A DNA stretch of 64,000 bases, taken from positions 15,996,001 to 16,060,000 of the forward strand of contig JBHGNT010000011.1 of assembly GCA_043228905.1 (NCBI GenBank). The letters are read 5' to 3'. Below are positions 37,148-49,766 of the stretch, in pieces. Positions within the stretch are counted from its first letter, which is position 1. Each line of letters opens with the position of its first letter. The position numbers and the translations under genes are program-made. The notes below the pieces were generated by a model, which made no database searches, was not told the origin of the DNA, and was given only the letters and a program-made list of their open reading frames with translations. This DNA is from Azolla caroliniana (taxonomy: Eukaryota > Plantae > Polypodiophyta).

Positions 37148-40100
37148 TGTTACAACCGTTACAATTACATAAAAGAAAATAGTAGAATATTTAAATAAAT
37201 CTTGGAAGCACAAACGTTTCATCTCATGAACGTTTGGGCTCCCAATAAGTTCTATTTAAAGAAGTAGTTGTGATTTTGAAAAGGGGGGGGGGGTTCCCAA
37301 TGGGGAAGTACCAAGTCATTAGTTAGTAATTCGCACTTACCTTTTTTTATTTCTATTGAATACAAAGAGTGTTCTCTCTCATTTTGTGCCATTGGTTTAA
37401 TACTTGGTATCAGAGCAAGATAAGGATTGGCAAGCCATTCCAGCAAGAAGAGATTGAAGAAGTGGCACACGACACCACGAGAGGAGTCAAGGTAACCACA
37501 AAGATAGTAGACTATTTTTTTTTTTTTTCTCTCTCTTTTATCTAACCAATGGCGGGAAGAAGGCGAAGAAGAGGGATCAACTTGGGAGAGCTAGGGGAAC
37601 TAAGGAGACACTCCATTAGGGGAGATAGCCCTAGATCGAGGAGACCAAGAGGCCACCGAATTAGAGAATGGAAGGTTCAATATGGAAGATCAAAGATGGG
37701 AGAGAGAAGAAGAGGAATCGGGGCCGCAAGGGAGAAGGCCCACGGAAGGAGGACCAGGGCGTTTGGAGGAGATGGTGCAGAGGTTGGAAGTCGGGAATGC
37801 CGAGAACCGCTGCCACAACTTGGGATCATTTAAACCTATCAAACCAAAAATGTACATGGGGGAGAGGAACTCGGTGGTACTTACAAGATGGATAAGAGAA
37901 ACCAAACTATTCCTCGTCCAAAGTCAAGTAGAACCCGACTTGTGGGTGATGGTCTCCGCGTGTTTTTTGGATGGACCAGCACAAAATTGGTACATGTCGG
38001 GGGAAAGCGTGTTTGAGTTCACGCCTTGGACAGAGTTTAAGCGGGAATTGCGTCATTATTTCATACCACAAAATGAACATCTCCGCATCATGGATGAATG
38101 GAGGATGTTGAGACAAGGGGAAGGGCAACTCACCATGTACATTGAGAGGTATCGCCAAGTGACATTGCAGCTGCCGCATCTTCATCAAATAACCAAACTC
38201 CACGGGTTCCTAGTTGGATTGAAGCCTCGGATCAGGATAGAGGTAGAAAAGATGAACCCTCAAACTTGTGAGGAAGCCATGAGGGTGGCAGAGAGGATAG
38301 GAGACATAGAAGGGAGCTCCCGACCTTTCCACAACAATCTAGGAAGTACATCCAACAATCGTGGGTGGACGACTACCACTAGTTCGATAGGAAGAGGAAC
38401 AACACGAGGGGATCAAATTAGATCGAGCTGGACAAATAGCGGGGGAGGAGGAGGACAGCCGGGGAGTCCCATTTCTACTTCAACACAACGAACCCCACTA
38501 ATTAGAAGAGGCTGTTTTGAGTGTGGAGGCCCTCACTTGGCATCCAATTGTCCAAAAAAGAAGCAACTCACGGTGCGGGCAGCCACCTCACAACTCGAGT
38601 TAACAGAGCTCGAGGAAGGTTCCGAGCAAGACATACAAGCAATAGCAGCGCAATATGAGGAAGAAGATGAAGAAGTCGCTGTACGTGCAGGAGCCGCCAC
38701 CGCCTGGCCTACCTGTCTCACAGTCAAACTCAATAACACAAGTAATCTCTTTCTCAACGTAAAAATTAATGGGCATAGTTGTGAGGCAATGGTAGACAAC
38801 GGTGCAACACACAACTTCATAACACCTGAATGCGCGAAGAAGTGGGGATTAAAATTGCAACCTTTAACCAACCTCTTTGTGAGTTTTGTACAGGGATACA
38901 CTAATAAGTGTTCATTAGCAGCCAATGTCTTGATTGAAGCGGGAGAATGGAAGGGGCGAACACCTTTTCTAGCGGTTGACATGGATGGGTGCGAGGTGAT
39001 CTTAGGGCTAGAATGGGTGGATAAGTACGTCATCAACCAATTCGGGAAAAAGGTAGACAAGGTGTTACTAGATAATGAAGATGGGAAGGGAGGCATCATT
39101 GTAAACATGCATAGGAGAAATGCAAAGGCAAAGGCGACAACCGTAACCGCAAAACTTTGCACGGGAAAGGTGGCAAATCGAGTCTTAAAGAAGGGCGGCC
39201 AACTCTTTCTTTGCACGGCCCTGCAAGCATCAACAACAGTGAGGAAGGAAGAACTAAGGGCAGAAAATATGAAGGAAATATTAGAGCAATACAAGGATGT
39301 CTTAACAGCGGAGCTACCCAAAACTCTTCCGCCACAAAGGTCAATCGATCATAAAATCCCAACCATTCCCGGAAGCATACCACCTGTAAAAGCTCCTTAC
39401 CGAATGAATGCTACTCAATTAGCAGAGCTAAAACAACAATTACAAGAATTAGAAGCATGTGGGTTCATTAGACCAAGCCAATCACCTTACGGTGCGCCCG
39501 TCATTTTTGTTGCAAAGAAGGATGGGACATTGCGCATGTGCATGGATTACAGGTCTCTCAACAAAATCACCATAAAAAATAAATACCCATTACCTTTGAT
39601 TTCCGACCTCTTGGATCAACTACAAGGAGCCCGTTATTTCTCTCGCATAGATCTCAGATCAGGGTATCATCAAATCCGCGTAGCTACGGAGGATATTGAG
39701 AAGACAGCATTTAGGACGAGATATGGCAGTTTTGAATGGCTGGTGATGAGTTTCGGTTTGACAGGAGCACCCGGAACATTCTGTAGGCTCGGAAATGAAA
39801 TTTTTAGGGATTATTTGGATAAATTTTTGATAATTTACATTGATGATTTGTTAATTTTCAGTAAGACTTTTGAGGAACATAAACAACATGTCACCAATGT
39901 GCTGCAACGATTACGGGAGCATCAGTTATACGCAAAACCTGAGAAGTGTGAGTTCGCTATGGAGGAGCTTGAATTCTTAGGATTTCGAATAGGAAGAGAA
40001 GGGCTCAAGATGGATCCGGCCAAGGTAAAAGCAGTTCAAGATTGGCCACGACCCACCAAAGTCCTCGAAGTGCAGTAATTCATAGGCTTCGTCTAGTATG

Positions 40101-42299
40101 TGAGAAGATTTATTAAAAACTTCAGTCAAATCGCAACCCCACTGACGAATCTCATCAAAGGCTCACAAACATTCAGTTGGTCTGAACGTGAACAACATGC
40201 CTTCGATCAATTGAAGAAGGCAGTGTGTGTGCAACTGGTTCTTCAACTCCCGGACTTTTCAAAACCATTTGAAATTCACACTGATGCTTCTGATTTTGCT
40301 TATGGGGCTGTGCTTATGCAGGATGGTCATCCGATTGCCTATGAGTCAAAAAAGTTTTCAGTGATAGAAAGTCGGTGGCCCACACACGAGAAGGAAATGT
40401 TGGCAATAGTTTATGCACTTCGGAAGTGGCGGCACTACGTACAAGATAAATTTACACGAGTAGTGACCGACAACATCTCCTTGCAATATTTTCTGACACA
40501 ACCACGACTTTCAGCAAAACAAATGAGATGACAAGATATGTTAGCAGAATTTGATTTGGAGATTGTACATAAAAAAGGCAAGTTGCATACATTACCTGAT
40601 GCATTAAGTCGATTGCCACGCATCCTCCATATTTCTGTCATCTCGGCTCAAGGATGGATAGATGAAGTACGACAAGCACAAACAGAGGATGCAGAGATGC
40701 GCGAATTAGTAACCAAAGTCATGAATGGGAGCATAACTCATGGAATGTACAAGTTGCAGGACGGCTTATTGTGGAGTGATGATAAAATAGTAATCCCGAA
40801 TAATATATCACTAAAGGCAAAGATACTAAGGGAATTACATGATTGCCACATGGCCGGGCATGGGGGACAAAAGCGCACATTAAAAGCTGTTAAAAAGTTC
40901 TTCGTGTGGCCAAGAATGGAACATGAGATCATTGACTACATACGTTCATGCCAGGTATGTCAAGCCGTGAAAGCTAGGCGAGGAAAAGCGCTCGGACTAC
41001 TGCAACAGATGCCGGTACCATCCCGTCCATGGGATGTAATAAGCATGGATTTTATAATTGATTTACCCTCATCCAAGGGGTTTCGCATCCTTATGGTCAT
41101 TGTGGATTTTTTTTCTAAACAAGCTCACTTCGTGCCGGCAAAGCCACCTCTAATAGCGCAACATGTAGCACACTTGTTTTTTAAACATGTTTTTAAGTAT
41201 CACGGGCTGCCAGAAATCATAGTATCAGATAGGGATCCAAGGTTCACTAGTGGATTTTGGCAAGAATTGTTTCGGATTCTAGGCACACAACTCCGTATGT
41301 CATCATCCGCACATCCGCAAACAGACGGGCAAACTGAGCGACTCAATCAAGGCATCGAGGACTACATTCGATGTTATGTCAAAGCAGATCAGACGGACTG
41401 GGTGGAACACATCGACATGCTCGAATTTTGTTACAATGCTGCAATCCATTCATCAACAGGATTCTCTCCATTCGAGCTCGCCACAGGTAAAGAAGTCCTC
41501 ACACCGATTGCTTTATTGCATACAAATAAGAAGACACAAGTAGAGGAATTGGACGTGTCTCGTTTTTTGGAGGAGTGGAAGGACCGGATGCAAGCAGCAC
41601 AAGAGCATCTCATAAAAACAAAGTCACAGATGATCAATCGTGTCAATAAGAAACGGGAACACGTGGAGTTTTACCCAGGGGATTTAGTACTTGTCAATTC
41701 GGCTAGTTGGCCGTTACTTCAGGGCCTCACGCCCAAGTTTAACCATAGGTTCTATGGACCATACAAGGTGGTCAAACAACTCAATAATGTATCCTACAAA
41801 TTACAACTTCCGAAGGCTTCCAAGATACATGATGTTTTTCATGTTAGCCTGCTAAAACGTTTCCACCAAGATGAAACATGGGGGCGCGAGGCAACTATTA
41901 GATGTGAACCTGAAGCACTTTTGAAGACACAGGTTCGTAGAGGGAGAAGACGCTACTTCATCAAGTGGCGAGGGAAACCATTATCCGAAGCATCGTGGGT
42001 AACTGAAGAAGCGTTGCTACAAGCAGGGTTTGAATGGCTACTTGAGCCTCTACAACAACCAGAGCCCTGACCTAGGAACCTTTATGCAATAGTTTCGAGG
42101 TCAAAACTCTCTCGACTAGCGGGAGAGTGTTACAACCGTTACAATTACATAAAAGAAAATAGTAGAATATTTAAATAAATCTTGGAAGCACAAATGTTTC
42201 ATCTCATGAACGTTTGGGCTCCCAATAAGTTCTATTTAAAGAAGTAGTTGTGATTTTGAAAAGGGGGGGGGGGTTCCCAATGGGGAAGTACCAAGTCAT
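37148..42299 (+). mobile_element. Ty3/gypsy chromovirus LTR retrotransposon; 5' LTR 37148-37402, tRNA-iMet PBS 37405-37416, PPT before 42128, 3' LTR truncated (42128-42299)
   Basis: LTR direct repeat starting TGTTACAACC; PBS TGGTATCAGAGC; gag-pol domain order gag-PR-RT-RH-INT-chromodomain. Confidence 0.95.
37682..42070 (+). pseudogene. Single-frame gag-pol-chromodomain ORF with three premature stops (40076, 40094, 40529)
   Basis: CFECGGPHLASNC zinc knuckle, AMVDNGATHNF protease, YIDD RT, HTDASD RNase H, HDCHMAGH..CQVC and SDRD integrase, GPY motif, YFIKWRGKPLSEASW chromodomain; all three ORF pieces are in the same frame. Confidence 0.93.
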
Positions 42300-42408
42300 A
42301 TGCTTGTGCATTCTCTATTTTTATGTGGAATTAAGAGTTTAAAGCATAAGGTCATATGATGTATGAGGGAAATGCTACCATATTGTGTTTTAGGGTTGAA
42401 CCCATGAC

Positions 42409-42857
42409 TAACAATCAACAACGGCTTGGTTTGAACCGAACCGAACCGCAAAACCGTGGTTTAACAGCTTAATGGTTTGGTTTGGTTCAATTTCAACAGT
42501 CAAAAACCATGGTTTAAACTATTTAACGTTTTTTATTTTTTTATTTGTTTAAATTTTTAAAAAAATTAAAAATTGTTTTTTAAACAATCTTTTCATTTTT
42601 AGTCCTTACTCTCACATTAAAGGAACATCTTTAAAAATTTTAAAATTTTAAAAAATGAAATATTTTAAATTTAAAGTTTAAAATTGGACCTAAATTGAAA
42701 ACCGAAACCGAACCATGAAACCGCGATTGTAACAGTTTTGAAAAAATTTAACAATTCGGTTTAACAATTTCGTGGTTCGGTTTGGTTCAAGTTTAAAAAA
42801 ATTTAAACGGTTCGGCTTTGACCCTCTCAAACCAAACCAAACCGTTGCCGATTGTTA
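42409..42857. mobile_element. hAT-type MITE with 8-bp TSD (CCCATGAC/CCCATGAT) and AACCG/CGGTT subterminal repeats
   Basis: TIRs TAACAATCAACAACGG / CCGTTGCCGATTGTTA; second copy at 58486-58894. Confidence 0.88.
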
Positions 42858-42904
42858 CCCATGATCTTACGATCTCCATTGGCCTAACTTTCCCAACAAA
42901 GCTT

Positions 42905-42948
<44 letters not shown>

Positions 42949-44133
42949 ACGGCTCTCTCTGTCGTTGCGTTGTTGTCGCTGTCATCGCCGTCGCCGTCAC
43001 CGTCGTCGTCGTCTGCAGCCGCTGCAACCGTCGCCGTCTGCTCTCTCTCTCTCTGTTGTGGCTGTCGCCGGCTAGTGTCGTCGCCGTCGCCGTCATCTGT
43101 TGTTGTCGTCGTCCGACGACTACCGTTATTTGCGGCCGTCGCCGTCTTCTACAGTCTGCAGTCGTCTGTCGTCTGCTGTCGTCGTCTGCTGTCTGCCGTC
43201 TGCTGCCGTCGTCGCCGTCGCCGTCACGGGGTGTTTCTTCTCCGTTTTCTCTTGATGTGGTGAAGTGCCATTTTCTTGACGAGTTCGTGGGTGCGTTCTT
43301 TTGGTGTGCTCGTCGCGTTGTCGTGGAGAAAACCGTCCATAAGCGGAATCGGCACACCAAGGCGTGGGAACCGGTTCTTCACGCGCGCACGCTCCAAGTT
43401 GTAAGTAGAAGCGAATTAGAAGGATAATCGGCAGGAACGGGCCCTAACACAAGTGGAGACAAAGACCGCGCGAACAGTCTTTTCAGTCGCGCGCGCGAGC
43501 GAAGGAACTGTACGAGTCGGCGGCGTAACTACGCGGATGCGTGAAGGACGGAGCGGATCCCTGTCCAAAAGGGACAGGGAATAAAGCTGACATGACGGCC
43601 TGCTCGTCGGCCTATATAAGGAGCAGGAAAGAGCTGTTGCAGGCATCTCGCGCAGAGAGGACGAAGTGCTGCCGGACCGTTTCTGGATGCTTCGCCCTCT
43701 GTTTCCTTCCTTCTTGAGCTCCATAGCTTTCTGTGCAGGGTTCCGAGGAGGCTCGCGCTGTTTTCGAGGAACGCCCGAGTGCTTCCGGCAGCACCTCCGA
43801 CCTGCTACCCCCCCCCTTTGTGCGTCGAGGCGAACAGGCATCGGCATCTGTTCGCCGGCCTGTTCGGTTGTAGACAACCTGTGCCCCATCGAGGGTTGTA
43901 GTCGTGTTAGCCATTTTTGTTAATATACATATTTAGTCATTCGCATCTGTCTGTGTCGGTGTCTGTTCGCGTTCTCCGTGCTGAAGGGCCGTGTCCCTGT
44001 GTACCCCCGGTCCTGCGTAGCCGGTTCTCTCTCTTTCTCCTCCCTCGCTTGCTCTTTGGTTCGAGGCCCCCGCGGTCCCGCCTCGTTTCCACACGCACTT
44101 GCGTAATATCTCGACATCTTTGGTGAACCCGAC

Positions 44134-46287
44134 GTGAAAGAGGCGGCAGAAGAGCAGAAGATGAGGGGGTCGGATCTTGCAGAGGCCATGGCTTCGGCCG
44201 TGGATCGGATTGTAAACGCACGCGAGGGCACCGGTGCCCTCGACAGAGCTATTGAGGCGGTCGTCGGCACGATCGGCCGGTTCGATGGGAAGGATGCCAC
44301 GAAGTATTTGGCGTCCTACGGTGCAGAGATGCTGATGCGGGACATTCCGGAAGAAAGGCGTCTTGCCGGATTTCCCCGAGTGGCGATGTCGAGCATCCAT
44401 GCGGAGGTGCTCGAGGTGCGGGCGGAGAGCCGTACCTGGGAGGAGTTCGAAGGTCGGCTCCTAGAGAAATACGGGCTGGACGACGCGCTCTGGCTTTCGA
44501 AGCGAAGGTTCATGGAATGGGTGGAGTCCCCGGGGAAGGGAAGAAACGCGTCGGCACTCCTCCGGGAGTTTGAGGAAAACTTTGCGCGCCTTTCGGCGCT
44601 CGACCGAACCATCCTGGACACGAGCCGGGTCTTGCTGTTTGTCAAGTCGATCGACGAGCGGGATCGGGAGCAAGTGGGCCTCTTGCTGGAAACCGAAGAC
44701 GGGCTCACTACCGACTGGGCGGCTGTCAAGAAAGTCTGTGGCCGTTTCGACAAACGGCGAGAATGGGCGGATAACGAGGCAGCCGGGTCGGGCTCGGTCG
44801 TAGCAAGGAAGCTCGAACCAGCGCCACAGGTGCGAAAGGAAGAGACCCGAGAGTGGTTGGAAACCGGTTCGGCTTCGACCGGCGTAGTCAGAGGCTCAAC
44901 CGGAGGAGCGGCGCTGGAGGAATTGACGAGGGCGATAAAGGACCTCCAAATCGCGCAAGCCCGAAGGGAAGGTGGCGAACCGGCTCGTGACCGACGGCCG
45001 GCGGCAGGAAACAGGTGCATGTGGTGCGATGAAGTCGGCCACATTCGGAAGGACTGCGGCGACTTCGCGGAGGCGCTGAGGAACAGGGTGGTGTACCTGT
45101 GGGAAGGACGGGTGCATGCCAGCGACACCCGAAGGGCCCTGAGCCGAAACGACGGGCGAGGTGGTATGAAAAGGTTGATGGAAGAGGCGGCGGCCCGACA
45201 CGGGGAAACCGTCCACTACTCGGCGTCGGCCGGCATTCGAGTCGGGGGCGGCGAGGCCCGAAGGGAAAGCAAAGCCGGATTCTGGCCGACGATGCTGGAA
45301 GGCCTTGCCGGTGCAAGGCTTAAAAGGGAGGAATCGGACCGTGCGGAGAAACGGGTACGGGAGATGACCGGGTGGAGCGACCCGGTCGAGGAAAAGACGG
45401 GCTTCGTGGAAGCTGCTTGCCAGAACTACGAGGCTCTGGTAGAAGAGAAGCGGGTGGGGAAACCCGGGACGACCGGGCCCTCACAACGATATGAGACCCG
45501 GTCCGGCCCACGACGGGACGAAGCCGGCGGGGCCGGTACGCAAGATAAACCCCAGAAGGGCGGGTACCGTCTGGGGACGGAGATAGAAAGGACCACGGAC
45601 TTACGAAAGGTCCTGGAGGAACGGATCCTCGACAGCAAGGTGGAGCTGTCGTTACGAGAGGTGCTGGGAATCGCCAAGAAGGAGTTCCATGACTCCATCG
45701 TGGACTTGGTGAAACGGAAGAGGCTGTCAACGGAGACAGAACCGGCGAGACCGGTGGAAGTGCGGACGACGCACCTAGACGACATGGCGCTGGGAGACGA
45801 GTGGGCGGAAAGCCACTATTCGAGACCACACTGGGCCCGAGCGACCACGAAGACCCCGGTGAAGATCGGCGATGTCCAGGAATCGGTGATAGCTTTGGTG
45901 GACCACGGATCGGAGATCAATTTGATGTCCATGGACTTCTATAAGAAGGGCAAATGGCCGATCAACACCAAGCACGGGTGGAAAATAAGGGCAGCAACGC
46001 GCGCCACCGAGGAACTGCACGGGGCCTGTCCGAATGTGCGAGTCAAGATCGGCGACGTCGAGATTGACCAGCACTTCTTCGTGCAGGAGACGTCTTCGCA
46101 TCCGGTCATACTGGGAGAGCCGTACATCACGGCGGCGCGAATGGAGACCAAAGTGCTGGACAATGGTTCGGCCTACACGAGGGTCAAAAGCCAAGACGGG
46201 CACCATTCGGTCTAGTTTCTGACGATACGGCCGAACCACGAACGTAACCGCGATTCCCTCGGTTCCGAAAACCGAGAGGATTTTTAG
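44134..46287 (+). CDS. Gag-protease ORF with one premature TAG at 46213 (probably from CAG); true start uncertain (ATG 44161/44188)
   Basis: CMWCDEVGHIRKDC zinc knuckle; ALVDHGSEINLM and ILGEPY aspartic protease motifs; frame continues past TAG as FLTIRPNHERNRDSLGSENREDF*. Confidence 0.88.
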
Positions 46288-49200
46288 AGAGGACTGCCAA
46301 GGCGTGGGGCCGCGACAGTCCGGATGCTCCGGGAAAACCCCACATCTGTACGATAAAACCGTGTACAATAGGTAGGGAATTTTGCTTCTCCGACAGCGGA
46401 GCATGTACGATGGTCGGCATCGCCGGCCGAGAGAAAACAAAGACGGAGGGGAGACTTCGAGCGTGCGGAGTTCTCGGCCCTGACGAAGAAATCAACGGAG
46501 CCGTGGAGGCAGTCTCCTTCAACGACACCTTGGGAATGCTGGGACAGGTAGTCGAAGAAGACCTTAACGAAGACCGGACGATACCGGTATGTTCCGAAGA
46601 AATGTACGAAGTCATCGCGGACTTTGGTCGGGGGCTCGAGTCGGATCGGACGGCCCGAGTAAGCACCAAGTACAAGACTGTGGACCGGAAGGTAAGGCCA
46701 GTCGCGGTACCCTTACCGGAGGGCAGCGAGTCGCGAATCAAAGGGGTTGCATCGGACCCCAGCTTACGAGATCCGGCCTGCATAGGACACACCTTCACCA
46801 ACGAGACGCTCCGGGAGCTCAAAATCGGTGGGGGCGGGTTCCTGCTACCGGCGGAGGAAGACCGGTTTCGGAGAATGCTCGGAAGGCACGGGAAAGCCTT
46901 CGCATTCTCGCCGGAGGAAATCGGGTGCGTGGACCCGACGATCGTAGAGCCGATGGTGATATTCAAGGTACCGCATGTACCGTGGAATCTCAAGCCAATT
47001 TCGGTTCTGAGAGCTCACATCCCGAAGTTGATGGAGCTGTTGAAGCAGAAAGTTGATATGGGCATTCTCGAGCCGTCGAGCGCCCCGTATTCAAACCGAT
47101 GGTTTACCGTACCAAAGAAAAACGGATCATTGCGCTTCATTCAGGACCTGCAGCCGGTCAATAGAGTGACCATTTGGAACGCAGGGATCGGACCGACCAT
47201 AGACGAGTTCGCGGAGGCCTTCGCCGGAAGGTCGATTTACTCGGTCGGTGATCTATACTCACGGTACGACCAGTTCCAGCTAGCCGTGGAGAGTAGAGAC
47301 ATTACGACGATGCGAACTCCCCTCGGCCTAGTGCGGATGTGTACGCTGCCGCAAGGAGGGACCAACTCGGTGGCCCACATGGTGAATGCGATGAACAAGG
47401 TGCTGAGGGACTGCATCCCGGACATCACCATGCCGTTTCTAGACGACATCCCGATCAAGGGATGCCCGGTAGAAGAGAAGGACGAGACGATCGGGCCGGA
47501 CGGATGCCGGCGATTCGTGATGACACACATCGACGACTGCGAGAAGGTGCTGCAGAGGCTAGAGGATGCGAGGCTCACCTTCTCGGGGGAGAAATCAGCC
47601 TTCGGGCAGTCGGAAATCATGGTGGTCGGACACTTATGTGGGCCATATGGCCGGAAACCGTCTCCGGCAAAGGTAGAAGCCATCTCCGCGATGAAGCCCG
47701 ACTGCAGCTCGGTCACGGAAGTACGAAGATTCCTGGGGGCATGCGCATTCTACCACATATGGATCCCGCATTACGCCCACGTTGCGGAGCCGCTATACGG
47801 ATTATTGAAGAAAGGGCGAAGATTCGAATGGCTAGACAAGCACACGGAGTCGGTCCGGAAGCTGAAGGAGGCTCTTTCGGCAGCACCGGCGCTCCGAAAG
47901 GCCGTCTACAGGAAGGGCACCCTAGTGTACATAACGGTTGACACGAGTCCGACCGGAATCGAGTGGGTCGTCAACCAAGAAGACGAGGACGGCAATCGGT
48001 TTCCGATCCGATTCGGCGCGAAGGTCCTCAGTGAGCGGCAGCGAGGATACGCCCAGGTTAAACGCGAACTCTGGGGTATCGTTTCGGCGGTGAAGGCCGA
48101 CAAGGACTATCTGATCGGGACAGAGGTAATCATAGAGACGGATTGCATGCCGATTCTCGGCATGGTTTCCGGATGCGCGACGCCGGACCTGGCAATGCTC
48201 AGGTGGATAGCGTACATCAAGTCCCTGGACCCGGGAATACGACACATTTCCGGGAAAGACAACGCCATGGCCGACATGCTTTCAAGGGCGAGATTCGATG
48301 ACGAGGGCGGCATGGTTTCGGAGGACGAAGAGGTCGGCGTGGACTTCTTCGAGACTGCGTATGTGACAACCGACGGAACAAGCACTCCAGCGCTTAACGA
48401 CTTCGACGCGAGCAAGTACGACGGGGAGTGGCTGCAGATCGGTGGGTTTTTGAAGACAATGACGCCCGATGCGCCATGGACGAAGGACGAGGCCAACCGG
48501 ATCCGGAAGAAAGCGTACCGGTTCTTTCTCCGGGATGGATACTTGTGGAAGTACCCGAAGAAGAGGAACGGCGTCCCGCTCCGGGTGGTGGCAATGAAGG
48601 AAGATCAGGAGGAGCTGCTAGCGGCCTACCACGACAGCCCTTGGGCTGGACACCGTGGAACATGGGCTACATTTGAGAAACTGAAGGGGAAGTATTGGTG
48701 GCCAGGGCAGTACCAGGACGTGCATCGGTTCGTGACAACTTGCGAGAGCTGTCAGATGCACTCCATAGTCCGACATCGAGACGAGCTTCACCCTACGTAC
48801 CCTCCGGCCATCCATTTCAAATGGATGGTAGATCTGGTAACGATGCCAATGGGAGTAGGACAGATGCGGTACCTGGTCCTAGCACGGGAGGATCTGACGA
48901 ACCAGGTGGAAGGCCGGGCCCTTCCGAACAAAACGACTGCGGCCGTATGTCGGTTCCTAATCGAGGACGTGATATGCCGGTACGGGTGCGTCGGGAAGAT
49001 CGTGGCTGACCGAGGGGAGTTGGACGCCGAAGAAGCCGCGGAGCTGTTGGACCGGCTGGGAGTCAAGCTCTCGCTCACCACTGCGTACAATCCGGAGGCG
49101 AATGGAAAGGTGGAGCGCGGACACGGGCCGATTGTCAAGGCGCTGGTTCGAGCATGCGGAGGCCGAGTCGGTAACTGGCCGCGGCTGCTACCTTATGCTT

Positions 49201-49766
49201 TGTGGGCGGACCGGACTACGCACAGTTCGGTAACCGGGTACATGCCGACGGAGCTCATGTTCGGCCAGAAGCCGATCATGCCGATGGAACGGACGATCTC
49301 CTCATGGGCAACGGTCGATTGGAGGGACGAGATGAGCCGGGAGGAGTTGTTGGCCGCGCGTATACGACAACTCGAGCGGAGACCGGAGGACGTGGAACTG
49401 GCTGCGGAGAAGCTCCGGGTGGCGAGGACAAAGAACAAAGCCAGGTTCGACCGAACGCACCGGCTCCGACCGAAGAAAATCGAAGAAGGTGACTGGGTGC
49501 TCGTCTACGACAGCAGCCTCGACAACCAGCACCGAGCCACACAGAAGTTCGCACGAAGGTGGTTCGGGCCTTACGTGGTACGGAGCGCCAATGACAACGG
49601 GACATATCACCTGGCGGAACTCGACGGCACGAGAGTGGCGATACCGGTTGCAGGGAAGCGGATCAAAGCGTTCAAGAAGCGACACGACGACGAGCCAGAC
49701 CCGGCTCTCCTAGTCAGCAGTGACGAACGATCCGAAAACGAGGAAGAACCGACGGGCGAGGAATGA
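46281..49766 (+). CDS. Pol (RT-RNase H-integrase), open in the -1 frame from the slippery site; first ATG 46410
   Basis: LPQG and FLDD RT motifs; ITVDTS RNase H; HDSPWAGH..CESC, MVDL/ADRG/VERGH integrase; FGPY. Confidence 0.93.
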   Translation, partial: FLERTAKAWGRDSPDAPGKPHICTIKPCTIGREFCFSDSGACTMVGIAGREKTKTEGRLRACGVLGPDEEINGAVEAVSFNDTLGMLGQVVEEDLNEDRTIPVCSEEMYEVIADFGRGLESDRTARVSTKYKTVDRKVRPVAVPLPEGSESRIKGVASDPSLRDPACIGHTFTNETLRELKIGGGGFLLPAEEDRFRRMLGRHGKAFAFSPEEIGCVDPTIVEPMVIFKVPHVPWNLKPISVLRAHIPKLMELLKQKVDMGILEPSSAPYSNRWFTVPKKNGSLRFIQDLQPVNRVTIWNAGIGPTIDEFAEAFAGRSIYSVGDLYSRYDQFQLAVESRDITTMRTPLGLVRMCTLPQGGTNSVAHMVNAMNKVLRDCIPDITMPFLDDIPIKGCPVEEKDETIGPDGCRRFVMTHIDDCEKVLQRLEDARLTFSGEKSAFGQSEIMVVGHLCGPYGRKPSPAKVEAISAMKPDCSSVTEVRRFLGACAFYHIWIPHYAHVAEPLYGLLKKGRRFEWLDKHTESVRKLKEALSAAPALRKAVYRKGTLVYITVDTSPTGIEWVVNQEDEDGNRFPIRFGAKVLSERQRGYAQVKRELWGIVSAVKADKDYLIGTEVIIETDCMPILGMVSGCATPDLAMLRWIAYIKSLDPGIRHISGKDNAMADMLSRARFDDEGGMVSEDEEVGVDFFETAYVTTDGTSTPALNDFDASKYDGEWLQIGGFLKTMTPDAPWTKDEANRIRKKAYRFFLRDGYLWKYPKKRNGVPLRVVAMKEDQEELLAAYHDSPWAGHRGTWATFEKLKGKYWWPGQYQDVHRFVTTCESCQMHSIVRHRDELHPTYPPAIHFKWMVDLVTMPMGVGQMRYLVLAREDLTNQVEGRALPNKTTAAVCRFLIEDVICRYGCVGKIVADRGELDAEEAAELLDRLGVKLSLTTAYNPEANGKVERGHGPIVKALVRACGGRVGNWPRLLPYALWADRTTHSSVTGYMPTELMFGQKPIMPMERTISSWATVDWRDEMSREELLAARIRQLERRPEDVELAAEKLRVARTKNKARFDRTHRLRPKKIEEGDWVLVYDSSLDNQHRATQKFARRWFGPYVVRSANDNGTYHLAELDGTRVAIPVAGKRIKAFKKRHDDEPDPALLVSSDERSENEEEPTGEE

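Noticed and set aside
43416-43923. 157-aa and 100-aa ORFs duplicated at 49935-50433
   Set aside because: They lie within the two LTRs, so the duplication is explained by LTR identity.
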